From an uncultured Planctomycetota bacterium (lineage in GTDB: Bacteria; Planctomycetota; Planctomycetia; Isosphaerales; Isosphaeraceae): a stretch of DNA of 64,000 bases. The notes under the pieces are model-generated. The model made no database searches, was not told the origin of the DNA, and was given only the letters and a program-made list of their open reading frames with translations. The position numbers were made by a program, and so were the translations under genes. Of the stretch, positions 34,194 to 44,227 are shown one piece after another. Each line of letters opens with the position of its first letter. The first letter of the stretch is position 1. The DNA lies in NCBI GenBank assembly GCA_963823665.1, contig CAWGMQ010000004.1, positions 448,001 through 512,000 on the forward strand. Reading direction: 5' to 3'.

Positions 34194-34928
34194 ATGAACC
34201 TCTCGGTCCGTGACGCCGCAAGTCTTCTGAAGGTTTCGGAAAAGACGATTTATCGCTGGATCCATCAGCAAGTCGTGCCCGCTTATCGGGTGCAGGAGCA
34301 GTACCGCTTCAACCGGGCGGAACTCTTGGAGTGGGCGACATCACGCAAGCTGAATGTCTCGAGCGAGATCTTCTTGGAGCCCGAGGCCGAGGGGTTGCCC
34401 ATTCCTACCCTGGTCGCCGCGCTTGAGGCGGGGGGGGTGCACTACCGGGTTTCGGGCTCCGACAAAGGAGGCGCGCTGCGCGAAGTCCTGCAACTGCTGC
34501 GCCTGCCAGACGAGGTGGACCGGGAATTCCTGCTTCGGGTACTTCTGGCGCGGGAGGCCATTGCACCGACTGCGATCGGTGATGGCATCGCTATTCCGCA
34601 CGTCCGGAACCCGGTCGTGCTGCATGTTGGCCGGCCTTCAATCACACTGTGCTTTCTCGAACAAGCTATCGATTACGGTGCCCTGGATTGCAAACCCGTG
34701 CATACACTGTTTACGATCATAAGCCCAACCACGCGGGCGCACTTGCACCTCATGTCCAGGTTGGCATTCGTCCTTCGAGACGCTGAAGTCCGCCACGCGA
34801 TCGAGCGGCAGGAATCCCGCCCGCAACTGCTCCGCGAGGTAGCGCGTGCTGAAGAGCAGCTCGCTCCGTCCAATACGCCTTGTCCGCCGCCGGTCGAGGT
34901 CGGCGCGTCGCACTCGGGCTTGCGCTAG
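34194..34928 (+). CDS. Excisionase-type HTH + PTS EIIA (PtsN-like) protein, paralogue 1
   Basis: 'LSVRDAASLLKVSEKTIYRWI' HTH; 'TAIGDGIAIPH' phosphoacceptor His motif. Confidence 0.9.
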   Translation: MNLSVRDAASLLKVSEKTIYRWIHQQVVPAYRVQEQYRFNRAELLEWATSRKLNVSSEIFLEPEAEGLPIPTLVAALEAGGVHYRVSGSDKGGALREVLQLLRLPDEVDREFLLRVLLAREAIAPTAIGDGIAIPHVRNPVVLHVGRPSITLCFLEQAIDYGALDCKPVHTLFTIISPTTRAHLHLMSRLAFVLRDAEVRHAIERQESRPQLLREVARAEEQLAPSNTPCPPPVEVGASHSGLR

Positions 34929-34972
34929 AGGTCTGGCGCGATGCGTCTCCAAGGTCGGGAGAGAAGATATCG

Positions 34973-35665
34973 ATGCAATTAACAGTTCGGGACGTCAGCA
35001 AGTTCCTCCAGGTGTCCGATTCCACGGTGACCCGCTGGATCAAACAGCGTGGTCTTCCTACCCATCAGGTCGGCGGTCGATTCCATTTCAACCGAGTCGA
35101 GCTCCTGGAGTGGGCGACGGCCAATCGCCTCAAGGTGTGTGTGGAGGCGTTCGACCAATTGGCGCCGGAGGACGAGCCCAGCTCAAGTCTGGTCGAGGCG
35201 CTCGAAACGGGCGGGATTTTCTATCACATGACGGATTCCACGAAGGAGCGTACATTGGGGGCCCTGGTCGAGGTATTGCCGCTTCCGGAGACCGTCGACC
35301 GCGAGTTGCTGCTTCGGCTCTTACTCGCCAGAGAAGCATCGGCAAGTACGGCAATCGGTGACGGTATCGCACTGCCGCATGTTAGAAACCCGATCGTTCT
35401 CCATGTCGCGCGCCCGATGGTCACCGCGTGTTTTCTGCAACATCCCGTCGACTTCGGTGCGCTCGATGGCAAGCCCGTGCACACACTCTTCTCCCTCATC
35501 TGCCCAACGGTGCGGAGCCATTTGCAGCTTCTCTCGCGGCTGTCATACGCATTGCATGATGTGAAGTTCAAGGACGTCGTGCTGCGCCAAGGCCAACGCG
35601 ACGAGATTCTGCGGGAGGCGCGCCGAGTGGAGGCAACGTTTGCCGCGCCGGCCAACCGCGCTTGA
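34973..35665 (+). CDS. Excisionase-type HTH + PTS EIIA (PtsN-like) protein, paralogue 2
   Basis: 'LTVRDVSKFLQVSDSTVTRWI'; 'STAIGDGIALPH'. Confidence 0.9.
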   Translation: MQLTVRDVSKFLQVSDSTVTRWIKQRGLPTHQVGGRFHFNRVELLEWATANRLKVCVEAFDQLAPEDEPSSSLVEALETGGIFYHMTDSTKERTLGALVEVLPLPETVDRELLLRLLLAREASASTAIGDGIALPHVRNPIVLHVARPMVTACFLQHPVDFGALDGKPVHTLFSLICPTVRSHLQLLSRLSYALHDVKFKDVVLRQGQRDEILREARRVEATFAAPANRA

Positions 35666-35679
35666 GGGCGAACCATTCG

Positions 35680-37680
35680 ATGGACGTCAAGGACGAACGC
35701 GGCCGGTCGAGGCATTCCGGGCAGAAACGGGACTCCCAAGGCTTACTCACGACGGTCTGCGGTGCGGGCGTCGTCGTCGCGGCCTGCTTCGTCGTTCTGA
35801 TTCCGACGCTTCAAGTCCTGGTCCGAGGGTCATCCCTGTCTGTGAGTCTGCCCTGGGACGTCCCCCACGGGAACTTCCGCATCGGCCTGGACATGCTTAG
35901 CGCATTTTTCCTGCTGCCCGTCCTGGTTCTTTCCGCGCTCGCAGCCGTTTACGGCGCCGACTATCTTCTGCCATTTCGCGGCAAGAAATCCCTTGCTACT
36001 TCCTGGTTCTTCTTCGCCACGTTTGTGGCCGGGATGGTGATGGTCTTGATCGCCCGGACGGCGCTCCTTTTCCTCATGTCGTGGGAGGCGATGTCGCTCT
36101 CGGCCTATTTCCTGGTCACGTTCGAGCACGAGAAGGACGATGTGCGCCGGGCGGGTTGGATCTATCTGGTCGCGGCTCACATTGGCGTCGCTTTTCTATT
36201 TGCGACTTTTTTCCTCCTCGGACGCCAGGCGGGCGGCCTTGATTTTGACTCGTTCTCGAGGATCCCGGCGATTGCAGCCGGTCCAGCGGGGTTGATCTTC
36301 GTGTTGGCGCTCGTCGGATTCGGCGCGAAAGCGGGCCTTGTTCCGTTCCACGTCTGGCTTCCCGAAGCCCACCCGGCCGCTCCGTCGCACGTCTCGGCCT
36401 TGATGTCCGGCGTGATGATCAAGATGGGCATATACGGGCTCCTTCGAGTTGTGTCCTTCATAGGCCCTCCCGCCTCATGGTGGGGGCTCTCCCTCGGTGC
36501 ATTGGGTCTACTCACCGCTCTGGTCGGGATCTCGCTGGCTGTTTACCAGCGAGATATGAAGCGAGTGCTCGCCTATTCCAGCATCGAGAACATGGGTCTG
36601 ATCGGCCTTGCCTTGGGTGCAGGTCTCTTCGGTTTCTCCAGTGGGCATAGCGCCGTCGCGGCGCTGGCCACATCGGCTGGGCTGCTTCACATCTGGAACC
36701 ACGCTCTGATGAAGTGTCTGATGTTCTTCGCCGCCGGCAGTGTGCTACATGGGACGGGCACAAAGGACATGGAAAAGCTCGGCGGAGTTGCGAGGAGAAT
36801 GCCATGGACCGGTGGCACGATGATCATCGGGGCGGTCGCAATTTCGGCGCTGCCGCCCTTGAATGGCTTCGTCAGCAAGTGGCTCTTGTACCTGAGCCTG
36901 ATGAAGTACGGTTTAACAACGGGTGGCGGGCGCGGCTTGACGGCCTTGCTCGCGGTCGGGGTCCTCGCCCTGGTTGGCGGTTTGGCGGGAATCGCGTTCG
37001 TGCGTCTGACGGGAATCGCACTGCTGGGTTCGCCAAGAAGCGAAGCCGCCCGCCACGCCCACGAGTCCTCGCCCTGGATGCTCGCCCCGATGGCGTGCCT
37101 GATGTTCCTTTGCTTGGCCGCGGCGGTCCTTCCTCAAGAGATCGCGCGACTTTTCCCTGGCATCTACGACCTGGTCCTCGGCAAGCGTGCCGGTCAGGGC
37201 TTCCCGGGTCTGGAGCCGCTTCAGGCGGGGCTGTCGACGCTCGGCATAATCGACGCCTGCACCGTGACCGCGCTCGCCGTGATGATGGCCGCCATTGGCG
37301 CGTTGATTCGAATAGGGGCGAAGGCTAAAGGCCCGACCTGGGGCTGTGGATACCTCGCCCCGACGCAACGGATGCAATACACCGGGTCGTCTTTCTCGGA
37401 AATGATGGCGGAGCACTTGCTGCCTCGCGTTCTGAGACCACGGACGACCCGGCAAGCTCCTCGCGGCTTGTTTCCATCCGCGAGTGAATTCGGCGAAGAG
37501 CGCCCTGATCCCTTTAGCGACAAGGTCTACGATCCGTTCTTCCGGCGCTGGGCGGAGCGTTTTTCTCGGCTTCGGATTCTCCAACAGGGAAAGGTCAACG
37601 TCTATCTGGTATACATCGTGTTCATGGTCGTGCTGGCCCTGGCGTGGGTGGCCTTCCGGGGGTACTGGAGCGCGTCATGA
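35680..37680 (+). CDS. hyfB: Hydrogenase-4/Ehr antiporter-like membrane subunit (HyfB-like), copy 1
   Basis: 'GAKAGLVPFHVWLPEAHPAAPSHVSALMSG', 'LAYSSIEN', 'TWGCGY'. Confidence 0.9.
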   Translation: MDVKDERGRSRHSGQKRDSQGLLTTVCGAGVVVAACFVVLIPTLQVLVRGSSLSVSLPWDVPHGNFRIGLDMLSAFFLLPVLVLSALAAVYGADYLLPFRGKKSLATSWFFFATFVAGMVMVLIARTALLFLMSWEAMSLSAYFLVTFEHEKDDVRRAGWIYLVAAHIGVAFLFATFFLLGRQAGGLDFDSFSRIPAIAAGPAGLIFVLALVGFGAKAGLVPFHVWLPEAHPAAPSHVSALMSGVMIKMGIYGLLRVVSFIGPPASWWGLSLGALGLLTALVGISLAVYQRDMKRVLAYSSIENMGLIGLALGAGLFGFSSGHSAVAALATSAGLLHIWNHALMKCLMFFAAGSVLHGTGTKDMEKLGGVARRMPWTGGTMIIGAVAISALPPLNGFVSKWLLYLSLMKYGLTTGGGRGLTALLAVGVLALVGGLAGIAFVRLTGIALLGSPRSEAARHAHESSPWMLAPMACLMFLCLAAAVLPQEIARLFPGIYDLVLGKRAGQGFPGLEPLQAGLSTLGIIDACTVTALAVMMAAIGALIRIGAKAKGPTWGCGYLAPTQRMQYTGSSFSEMMAEHLLPRVLRPRTTRQAPRGLFPSASEFGEERPDPFSDKVYDPFFRRWAERFSRLRILQQGKVNVYLVYIVFMVVLALAWVAFRGYWSAS

Positions 37681-39656
37681 GCGAGTGGCTGGTTGTATCG
37701 GGAACGATTGTGGCCGCCTTGAGCGGTCTGCCAGGCCTGTTGCGCGGTCGCGGTTCGATGAGCGGACAGTGGATGACCACCGTGCTTGCCGTGCTGGCGT
37801 CCGGCCTGGGCCTGGGGGGTGTCTTCTGGTTCTGGACGTCGGGAGAGAGCCGCCCGATCGTAATGCCCTGGGCCATCCCCGGCGCGCAGTTCAACGTAGC
37901 CATCGACGGTTTGTCGGCCTTCTTCCTTGTACCGGTCTTTCTGGTTTCGCTTTTGGGAAACATCTACGGGCTGGGCTACTGGAAGCAGACCGAGCACCCG
38001 CAGAACGGCCGGAGGCTCCGGGTTTTCTACGGAACGTTGACCGCCGGTATGGCACTGCAACTGATTGCACGCGACGGCATACTTTTCCTGTTCGGCTGGG
38101 AGATCATGGGCCTTTCGACCTTTTTTCTGATCATGACGGAGGACCAGGAAAAAGACGTCCAGGAAGCCGGGTGGATCTACCTGGTTGTCACGCATACTGC
38201 AACACTCTGCCTGTTCGGAATCTTTGCGCTCTTGCGCGCCGGCAGTGGCTCGTTCTTGATCGCCCCGCTTGAGCCGGATGCCCTGACGCCGGGAGTGGCG
38301 ACTGCGATTTTCGTGTTGTCGCTCGTCGGTTTCGGCTCGAAGGCCGGCATCATGCCCTTGCACATCTGGCTGCCCAGTGCGCACGCCGTCGCACCCAGCC
38401 ATGTCTCGGCGATCATGTCAGGGGTCAACATCAAAGTCGCCACATACGGCCTCATCCGCGTAATGTCCCTGATGCCAGCTCCGCCGCTGGCGTGGGGTGC
38501 CATCGTCCTGGCGCTGGGCGTGGTGTCGGGCGTCCTTGGCGTGGCGCTTGCTATCGGTCAACACGATCTGAAGCGGCTGCTGGCGTACCATAGCATCGAG
38601 AACATCGGAATCATCGTGATCGGGCTGGGACTGGCGCTCATCGGCCGCTCGATCGGCCGCGAGGATCTGGTGATTCTCGGTCTGGGTGGTTGTTTGCTGC
38701 ATGTCTGGAACCACGCCCTGTTCAAGGCCCTGCTGTTTTTGAGCGCCGGCTCCATCATCCACTCCGTCCACACCCGCGAAATCGATCATATGGGGGGTCT
38801 GGCGAAGTCGATGCCGTGGACTTCCCTCTGCTTCGTGGTCGGGTCGGTCGCGATCTGCGGCTTGCCGCCGCTGAACGGATTTGTCAGCGAGTTTCTCATA
38901 TACCTCGGCCTGTTCGGCACGCTCACAAACGGGGCCGGCCGCACGTTCGCCGGTGGATCGTTTGCCGCGCCGGCACTCGCCCTGATCGGCGCTCTGGCGG
39001 TCGCCTGTTTTGTGAAGGTATACGGAGCGATCTTCCTGGGTACGCCACGGTCGGAACATGCTCGGCATGCACACGAAGCTCCGCTCTCCATGATCGGGCC
39101 GATGAGCGTGCTGGTTGGGTGCTGCTTCCTGATCGGGCTCGCCCCACGGCGTGTGGCGCCGATGCTGGCGAGTGGTATCTCGGCCTGGGCACCGAGCCTG
39201 AACGAGCCGGGCTCGCGCCTCGTCTCGTTGGCCCCCCTGAACTGGATAACGACCATGGGCCTGCTGCTGGTCGCGGCCCTGATGTTGGCTGGCTCATTGC
39301 TACGGTTCCAGGTCGCCCGCGCTCCGGTCGCCAGCGGCGCCACCTGGGGTTGCGGTTACCTGGCGCCGACCCCGCGCATGCAATACACGTCGTCCTCATT
39401 CGCGCAGATGCTGGTCGGGATGTTCGCCTGGGTGCTTCGCCCCCGGACGCACGGGCCAGAAGAGTTGCCGCTGTTCCCGCGGCAGGCTAATTTCCACAGC
39501 GAAGTGCCCGACGCAGTGCTTGACGAGGCCGTGCTTCCTTTCTTCCATTTCACCGCAAGGCTGTTTTCCGCGTTCCGGGTGTTTCAGCAGGGAAACATTC
39601 AGGCTTATCTACTTTATATTTTCCTCGCCCTGATCATTCTGCTGCTTTGGCGTTAA
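37677..39656 (+). CDS. hyfB: Hydrogenase-4/Ehr antiporter-like membrane subunit (HyfB-like), copy 2
   Basis: 'PLHIWLPSAHAVAPSHVSA', 'LLAYHSIEN', 'PPLNGFVSE'; ATGA overlap with the previous gene. Confidence 0.9.
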   Translation: MSEWLVVSGTIVAALSGLPGLLRGRGSMSGQWMTTVLAVLASGLGLGGVFWFWTSGESRPIVMPWAIPGAQFNVAIDGLSAFFLVPVFLVSLLGNIYGLGYWKQTEHPQNGRRLRVFYGTLTAGMALQLIARDGILFLFGWEIMGLSTFFLIMTEDQEKDVQEAGWIYLVVTHTATLCLFGIFALLRAGSGSFLIAPLEPDALTPGVATAIFVLSLVGFGSKAGIMPLHIWLPSAHAVAPSHVSAIMSGVNIKVATYGLIRVMSLMPAPPLAWGAIVLALGVVSGVLGVALAIGQHDLKRLLAYHSIENIGIIVIGLGLALIGRSIGREDLVILGLGGCLLHVWNHALFKALLFLSAGSIIHSVHTREIDHMGGLAKSMPWTSLCFVVGSVAICGLPPLNGFVSEFLIYLGLFGTLTNGAGRTFAGGSFAAPALALIGALAVACFVKVYGAIFLGTPRSEHARHAHEAPLSMIGPMSVLVGCCFLIGLAPRRVAPMLASGISAWAPSLNEPGSRLVSLAPLNWITTMGLLLVAALMLAGSLLRFQVARAPVASGATWGCGYLAPTPRMQYTSSSFAQMLVGMFAWVLRPRTHGPEELPLFPRQANFHSEVPDAVLDEAVLPFFHFTARLFSAFRVFQQGNIQAYLLYIFLALIILLLWR

Positions 39657-39666
39657 AAGGAACGCG

Positions 39667-40584
39667 ATGGGAACGATCATTCATAACGCGATCCATGTGC
39701 TCCTGGCGCTCGGCCTGGCGCCGCTGCTGTTGGGGGTCATCGCCAAGACGAAGGCGCTTTTTGCCGGCCGCGTCGGGCCGCCGGTCTTGCAGCCGTACCA
39801 TGACCTCATGAGGCTTTTCCGAAAGGGCTCGGTCATCAGCACGACGACGACCTGGGTGTTCCTGGCCGGGCCGGTCGTGAGCCTGGTCACCGCGGGAATC
39901 GCGGTGCTGTTGATTCCACTCACGGAGTCCACGGCGCCGATCTCGTTCACGGGCGACTTGATTCTTTTAGCGTATCTCCTCGGATTGGGTCGATTCTTCA
40001 CCGCACTGGCAGCCCTGGACACGGGTTCTGCGTTCGAGGGCATGGGCGCCGCCCGCGAGGTTACCTTCGCCTGCCTGGCGGAACCGGCGTTCTTCCTGGG
40101 GCTGCTCGTGCTCGCCAAACTTTCCGGGTCACTTCAATTGGCGGGCATGTTAGGTGGGTCGATCGCGGCCGAATGGTCGACGGCGGGGGCCTCGCTCTGC
40201 CTTGTCCTGCTCAGTTGGTTCATCGTGCTACTTGTGGAGAACTCGCGGATTCCGTTCGATGATCCCAATACGCATCTGGAGCTCACCATGATCCACGAGG
40301 TGATGGTCCTCGATCACAGCGGGCCGGCCTTCGGCATGATCCTCTACGGGGCGGCGCTCAAATTGTTCGTGTTCGGCGCGCTGATCGTCCGCCTGGCATT
40401 CCCGCTCTCGAGCGGCTCTGCCTGGCTCGACTGGCCCATATTTGCCGGGGAGATGCTCGTCCTGGCGGCGGCCGTCGGCATTGTGGAATCGATCATGGCG
40501 CGGCTCCGCATGCCGCACATCCCCGTGCTCCTGCTCGCAGCCTGCTTGTTGTCGGCCTTTGGAATCATCCTGCTCGTAAGGTGA
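39667..40584 (+). CDS. hyfC: NuoH/HyfC/HycD-like membrane subunit
   Basis: 'GRVGPPVLQPYHDL', 'ENSRIPFDDPNTHLELTMIHE'. Confidence 0.92.
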   Translation: MGTIIHNAIHVLLALGLAPLLLGVIAKTKALFAGRVGPPVLQPYHDLMRLFRKGSVISTTTTWVFLAGPVVSLVTAGIAVLLIPLTESTAPISFTGDLILLAYLLGLGRFFTALAALDTGSAFEGMGAAREVTFACLAEPAFFLGLLVLAKLSGSLQLAGMLGGSIAAEWSTAGASLCLVLLSWFIVLLVENSRIPFDDPNTHLELTMIHEVMVLDHSGPAFGMILYGAALKLFVFGALIVRLAFPLSSGSAWLDWPIFAGEMLVLAAAVGIVESIMARLRMPHIPVLLLAACLLSAFGIILLVR

Positions 40585-40588
40585 AACG

Positions 40589-41230
40589 ATGGACCAGTTC
40601 GTCGATCCGCTCTTGATTCTGGCCCTCGCGCTCAACTTCGTGGCACTTGGCGTCAGCCGGATTCGCGGCGTGATCAGCGCGGTGGCGCTGCAGGGAATTC
40701 TGCTGGGGATTCTGGCGCTCCTGGTTCACCCGGTTGTCGGGCTACGGGGCATTCTGCTGGTCGTCGTGACGATCGGCTTGAAGGGATTCATCATTCCCAG
40801 GTTCCTCGTTCATGCCATGCGGGAGGCGAACATCCAGCACGAGGTCAAGCCGGTCGTCAACTTCATGTCCTCGCTCACGCTGGGGGCTCTCGGCACCGGC
40901 CTGGCGATGGTGTTTGCGTATACGCTTCCGCTGGCCGAGGAGCACAAGAACTCGCTGCTGGTGCCGGCCTCCCTTTCGACGGTATGGACCGGCTTCCTCA
41001 TGCTGACGACGCGCAAGGAGGCGATCAATCAGGTGCTCGGCTATTTGCTCCTGGAGAACGGGGTCTTCCTGTTCGGCCTGTTGTTGCTCGAGGCGATGCC
41101 CTTCCTCGTAGAAGTCGGCTTGTTACTCGACCTGTTCACCGGTGTGTTCGTGATGGGAATCGTTATCCACCACATCAGCCGCGAGTTCACCTCGATCAGC
41201 ACCGAGTATCTTTCCGAGTTGAAGGAATAA
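40589..41230 (+). CDS. hyfE: HyfE-like membrane subunit
   Basis: 'QVLGYLLLENG...LVEVGLLLD'; operon position. Confidence 0.88.
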   Translation: MDQFVDPLLILALALNFVALGVSRIRGVISAVALQGILLGILALLVHPVVGLRGILLVVVTIGLKGFIIPRFLVHAMREANIQHEVKPVVNFMSSLTLGALGTGLAMVFAYTLPLAEEHKNSLLVPASLSTVWTGFLMLTTRKEAINQVLGYLLLENGVFLFGLLLLEAMPFLVEVGLLLDLFTGVFVMGIVIHHISREFTSISTEYLSELKE

Positions 41231-42679
41231 GTGATGGCCTATTTATTGATCCTTTTCCCTCTTGCGATGGCGGCGGCGACGTTCGCCCTGCCTTCCAGCC
41301 GGGGCCGGGCCTGGCTGCTTCCCGTGGGGGCGCTCGGGCACCTTGTCCTGGTTTACCCGGCTGTGTTCCAGACCGGAACAGGCCCGGTACTGTCCGGGCT
41401 GGGAGGCTGGCTGCTACTCGATCCCGTAGGGAAGCTCGTGCTCGGCTTCCTGAGCGTGCTCTTTTTTCTAAGCTCCCTGTATGCGCCCGGCTATCTGGCT
41501 CTCCGCTCTGACCGACCGAACCGCGTCTTTTGCGCCAACCTTTTCGTGGTGCAGTCGATGATGACGCTGGTGGCGCTCTCGCACCATCTCGGGTTGATGT
41601 GGGTGGCGATGGAAGCGATGACATTGGCCACGGCCCCGCTACTGTACTTCAACCACAACGCCCGCTCGCTGGAGGCGACCTGGAAATACCTCTTGATTGG
41701 CTCGGTGGGTATTGCTCTGGCGCTCTTGGGCTCGTTCTTCCTGGCGTATGCATCTCTCAAGTCCGGCCTGGAATCGACGTTGCTATTCGACCAGCTCGTC
41801 AAGGATGCTCCGCATCTTTCACCGCCCTGGCTGCACGCGGCGTTCGTGCTGCTCTTCATCGGCTACGGGACCAAGATGGGTCTGGCGCCCATGCACACGT
41901 GGAAACCGGACGCCTACGGAGAGGCCCCTGGAATCGTGGGCACGCTTCTCGCGGGGGGCGTCACTAGCTGCGCCTTCCTGGCGATCTTGCGAGTTTATCA
42001 AATCTGCCGCGCCGGGGCCGACGCCGAGTTCGCCCGCGAGCTGATGGTGTTCATGGGCCTGCTGTCAATGGCCATCGCCGCGGTCTTCATGGTTCGCCAG
42101 CGTGACTTCAAGCGTATGCTGGCATATTCAAGTGTAGAGCACATGGGCATTCTTGTGCTGGGCATCGGAATCGGTGGCCTGGCCGTGTACGGTGCATTGT
42201 TGCATCTCATCAATAACGGGCTCACGAAGGGAGTGCTGTTTCTATCGGCGGGCAACATCCACCGAGCTTATGGGAGCAAGTTGACGGACAACGTGCGGGG
42301 AGCCATCGTGCGCGTACCTCTGTCTGCGTCACTCTTCCTTGCAGGCTTCCTGGCCGTTACGGGCTCTCCCCCGTTCGCCCCATTCGTGAGTGAGTTTACC
42401 ATTGTGAACGCCGCAGTCGGCAGCGGGCAATATCTCGCCGGCGGGCTCTTCCTGCTCTTGCTCGGCATCGTCTTCATCGGCATGGGTGTAACCGTGCTGT
42501 CCGTGGTGCAGGGTAAGCCCCCGGAGCAGCAAGAACACGGCCGATTCCACGACAGTATCAGCACCGGTGGCCCGATCATCCTGTTCATGGCATTGGTGGT
42601 GCTCCTTGGCCTCTATGTCCCGCCTCCTTTGGATTCGCTTGTACGCGACGCTGCCGTATCCTTGGAGGTAAGACGATGA
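41231..42679 (+). CDS. hyfF: HyfF-like antiporter membrane subunit
   Basis: 'SLEATWKY', 'GYGTKMGLAPMHTWKPDAYGEAP', 'KRMLAYSSVEHMG'. Confidence 0.92.
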   Translation: MMAYLLILFPLAMAAATFALPSSRGRAWLLPVGALGHLVLVYPAVFQTGTGPVLSGLGGWLLLDPVGKLVLGFLSVLFFLSSLYAPGYLALRSDRPNRVFCANLFVVQSMMTLVALSHHLGLMWVAMEAMTLATAPLLYFNHNARSLEATWKYLLIGSVGIALALLGSFFLAYASLKSGLESTLLFDQLVKDAPHLSPPWLHAAFVLLFIGYGTKMGLAPMHTWKPDAYGEAPGIVGTLLAGGVTSCAFLAILRVYQICRAGADAEFARELMVFMGLLSMAIAAVFMVRQRDFKRMLAYSSVEHMGILVLGIGIGGLAVYGALLHLINNGLTKGVLFLSAGNIHRAYGSKLTDNVRGAIVRVPLSASLFLAGFLAVTGSPPFAPFVSEFTIVNAAVGSGQYLAGGLFLLLLGIVFIGMGVTVLSVVQGKPPEQQEHGRFHDSISTGGPIILFMALVVLLGLYVPPPLDSLVRDAAVSLEVRR

Positions 42680-44208
42680 ACGGCATTGATAGGTTAGCAA
42701 CCCTGCGAACCGGCCATGCCATCCCGCGGCCAGAAGTTCCGGTGCTGCCTTTTGCAGACTTTCGGAGCATCGTGGTCGAAGCGGTCAAGCGCGGGCAGCG
42801 TATCGTCGCGTTGTTTGGAAACATCGCCGATTCTTCGCCCGACGTGGAAATCTACGTCGTCCTTGCCGACAATGCCCGCGCGCAGCTACGCGCTGGCAAG
42901 GCGAGAATGACCTCGGACCGGTTTCCCTCGCTCACTCCCGAGTGCCCGCAGGCGCACCTTTTCGAGCGGGAGCTGGCCGAGCAATACGGGCTCCGTCCCG
43001 AGGGCCATCCCTGGTTCAAGCCGGTTCGCTTTCATAGCTCGTACCGCCCCGGCCACGACGCGTGGGGCAGGCAACCGGGCGAGCACCCTTCAGTCGGCGT
43101 CACTGACTTCTTCCGGGTTGAAGGCGAAGAGATCCACGAGGTCGCGGTTGGCCCGGTTCATGCCGGCGTCATCGAGCCTGGACATTTCCGCTTCCAGTGC
43201 CATGGCGAGCAAGTCTTTCACCTCGAGATCTCGCTTGGCTACCAGCATCGCGGTATCGAGCCCGCGCTGGTGGGCCGGCCGGACAAACGTACTGTTCATG
43301 TCATGGAACATGTGGCGGGCGACACCTCGATAGGCCATTGCCTGGCATACTGCCAGACCGTGGAAGCGCTAGCCGAGTGCCCGCCCTCGATTCGAGCGCA
43401 GACGATTCGCGGTATAGCGCTCGAACTGGAACGGCTGGCTAACCACACAGGGGACCTTGGAGCCTTGGCCGGTGACGTCGGATTCCTGCCGACAGCTTCA
43501 TTCTGCGGGCGGATCCGTGGCGATTTCCTCAACCTGACTGCTCTGCTGTGCGGCAGCCGGTTCGGCCGCGGGATGGTTCTGCCCGGTGGTGTCGGGCACG
43601 ATCTGGAGGAGGCCCGCACCGAGCAGTGCCTCACTCGCCTGGAAGCGGCGCTGGGCGATGTTACCGGCGCAGCAAATCTGCTCTGGAATTCCTTGTCCGT
43701 CCAAGCCCGATTCGAGGGCACGGGCACGATCTCCGAGGAGACTGCCGTCGCACTGGGTGTGGTCGGCCCCGCGGCACGGGCCTGCGGCTTGGAGAACGAC
43801 GTACGCCAGGATTTCCCCGAGGGCATTTATCGATTTGCTCACGTACCGATTTCTTCCTGGACCACGGGCGACGTGTTCGCCCGAGCTTATGTGCGATGGA
43901 TGGAGATCCAGCGTTCGGTGGCCTTTATCAAAGACCAGCTTCTGGCGTTGCCCGAAGGGCCGTTGCGATCCACCGTCGGCCCGCTGAAACCCGACCATTT
44001 CGCCATCTCGCTCGTCGAGGGCTGGCGCGGAGAGATCGGCCATGTGGCGCTCACCGACGCCCAGGGCCAGTTCGCACGATACAAGATCGTCGATCCGTCT
44101 TTCCACAATTGGACCGGACTGGCGATGGCACTCCGGGACCAGCAGATTTCCGATTTTCCGCTTTGCAACAAGAGCTTCAATCTGTCGTATTGTGGCCACG
44201 ACCTGTGA
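42676..44208 (+). CDS. hyfG: HyfG/HycE-like large subunit (NuoC+NuoD-like) without NiFe CxxC motifs (Ehr-type)
   Basis: 'VGPVHAGVIEPGHFRF', 'VEGWRGE'. L1 site reads 'EHVAGDTS'; C-terminus reads 'DFPLCNKSFNLSYCGHDL' instead of DPCxxC. Confidence 0.9.
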   Translation: MNGIDRLATLRTGHAIPRPEVPVLPFADFRSIVVEAVKRGQRIVALFGNIADSSPDVEIYVVLADNARAQLRAGKARMTSDRFPSLTPECPQAHLFERELAEQYGLRPEGHPWFKPVRFHSSYRPGHDAWGRQPGEHPSVGVTDFFRVEGEEIHEVAVGPVHAGVIEPGHFRFQCHGEQVFHLEISLGYQHRGIEPALVGRPDKRTVHVMEHVAGDTSIGHCLAYCQTVEALAECPPSIRAQTIRGIALELERLANHTGDLGALAGDVGFLPTASFCGRIRGDFLNLTALLCGSRFGRGMVLPGGVGHDLEEARTEQCLTRLEAALGDVTGAANLLWNSLSVQARFEGTGTISEETAVALGVVGPAARACGLENDVRQDFPEGIYRFAHVPISSWTTGDVFARAYVRWMEIQRSVAFIKDQLLALPEGPLRSTVGPLKPDHFAISLVEGWRGEIGHVALTDAQGQFARYKIVDPSFHNWTGLAMALRDQQISDFPLCNKSFNLSYCGHDL

Positions 44209-44227
44209 ATTCGCTTGAGGACGGTCC

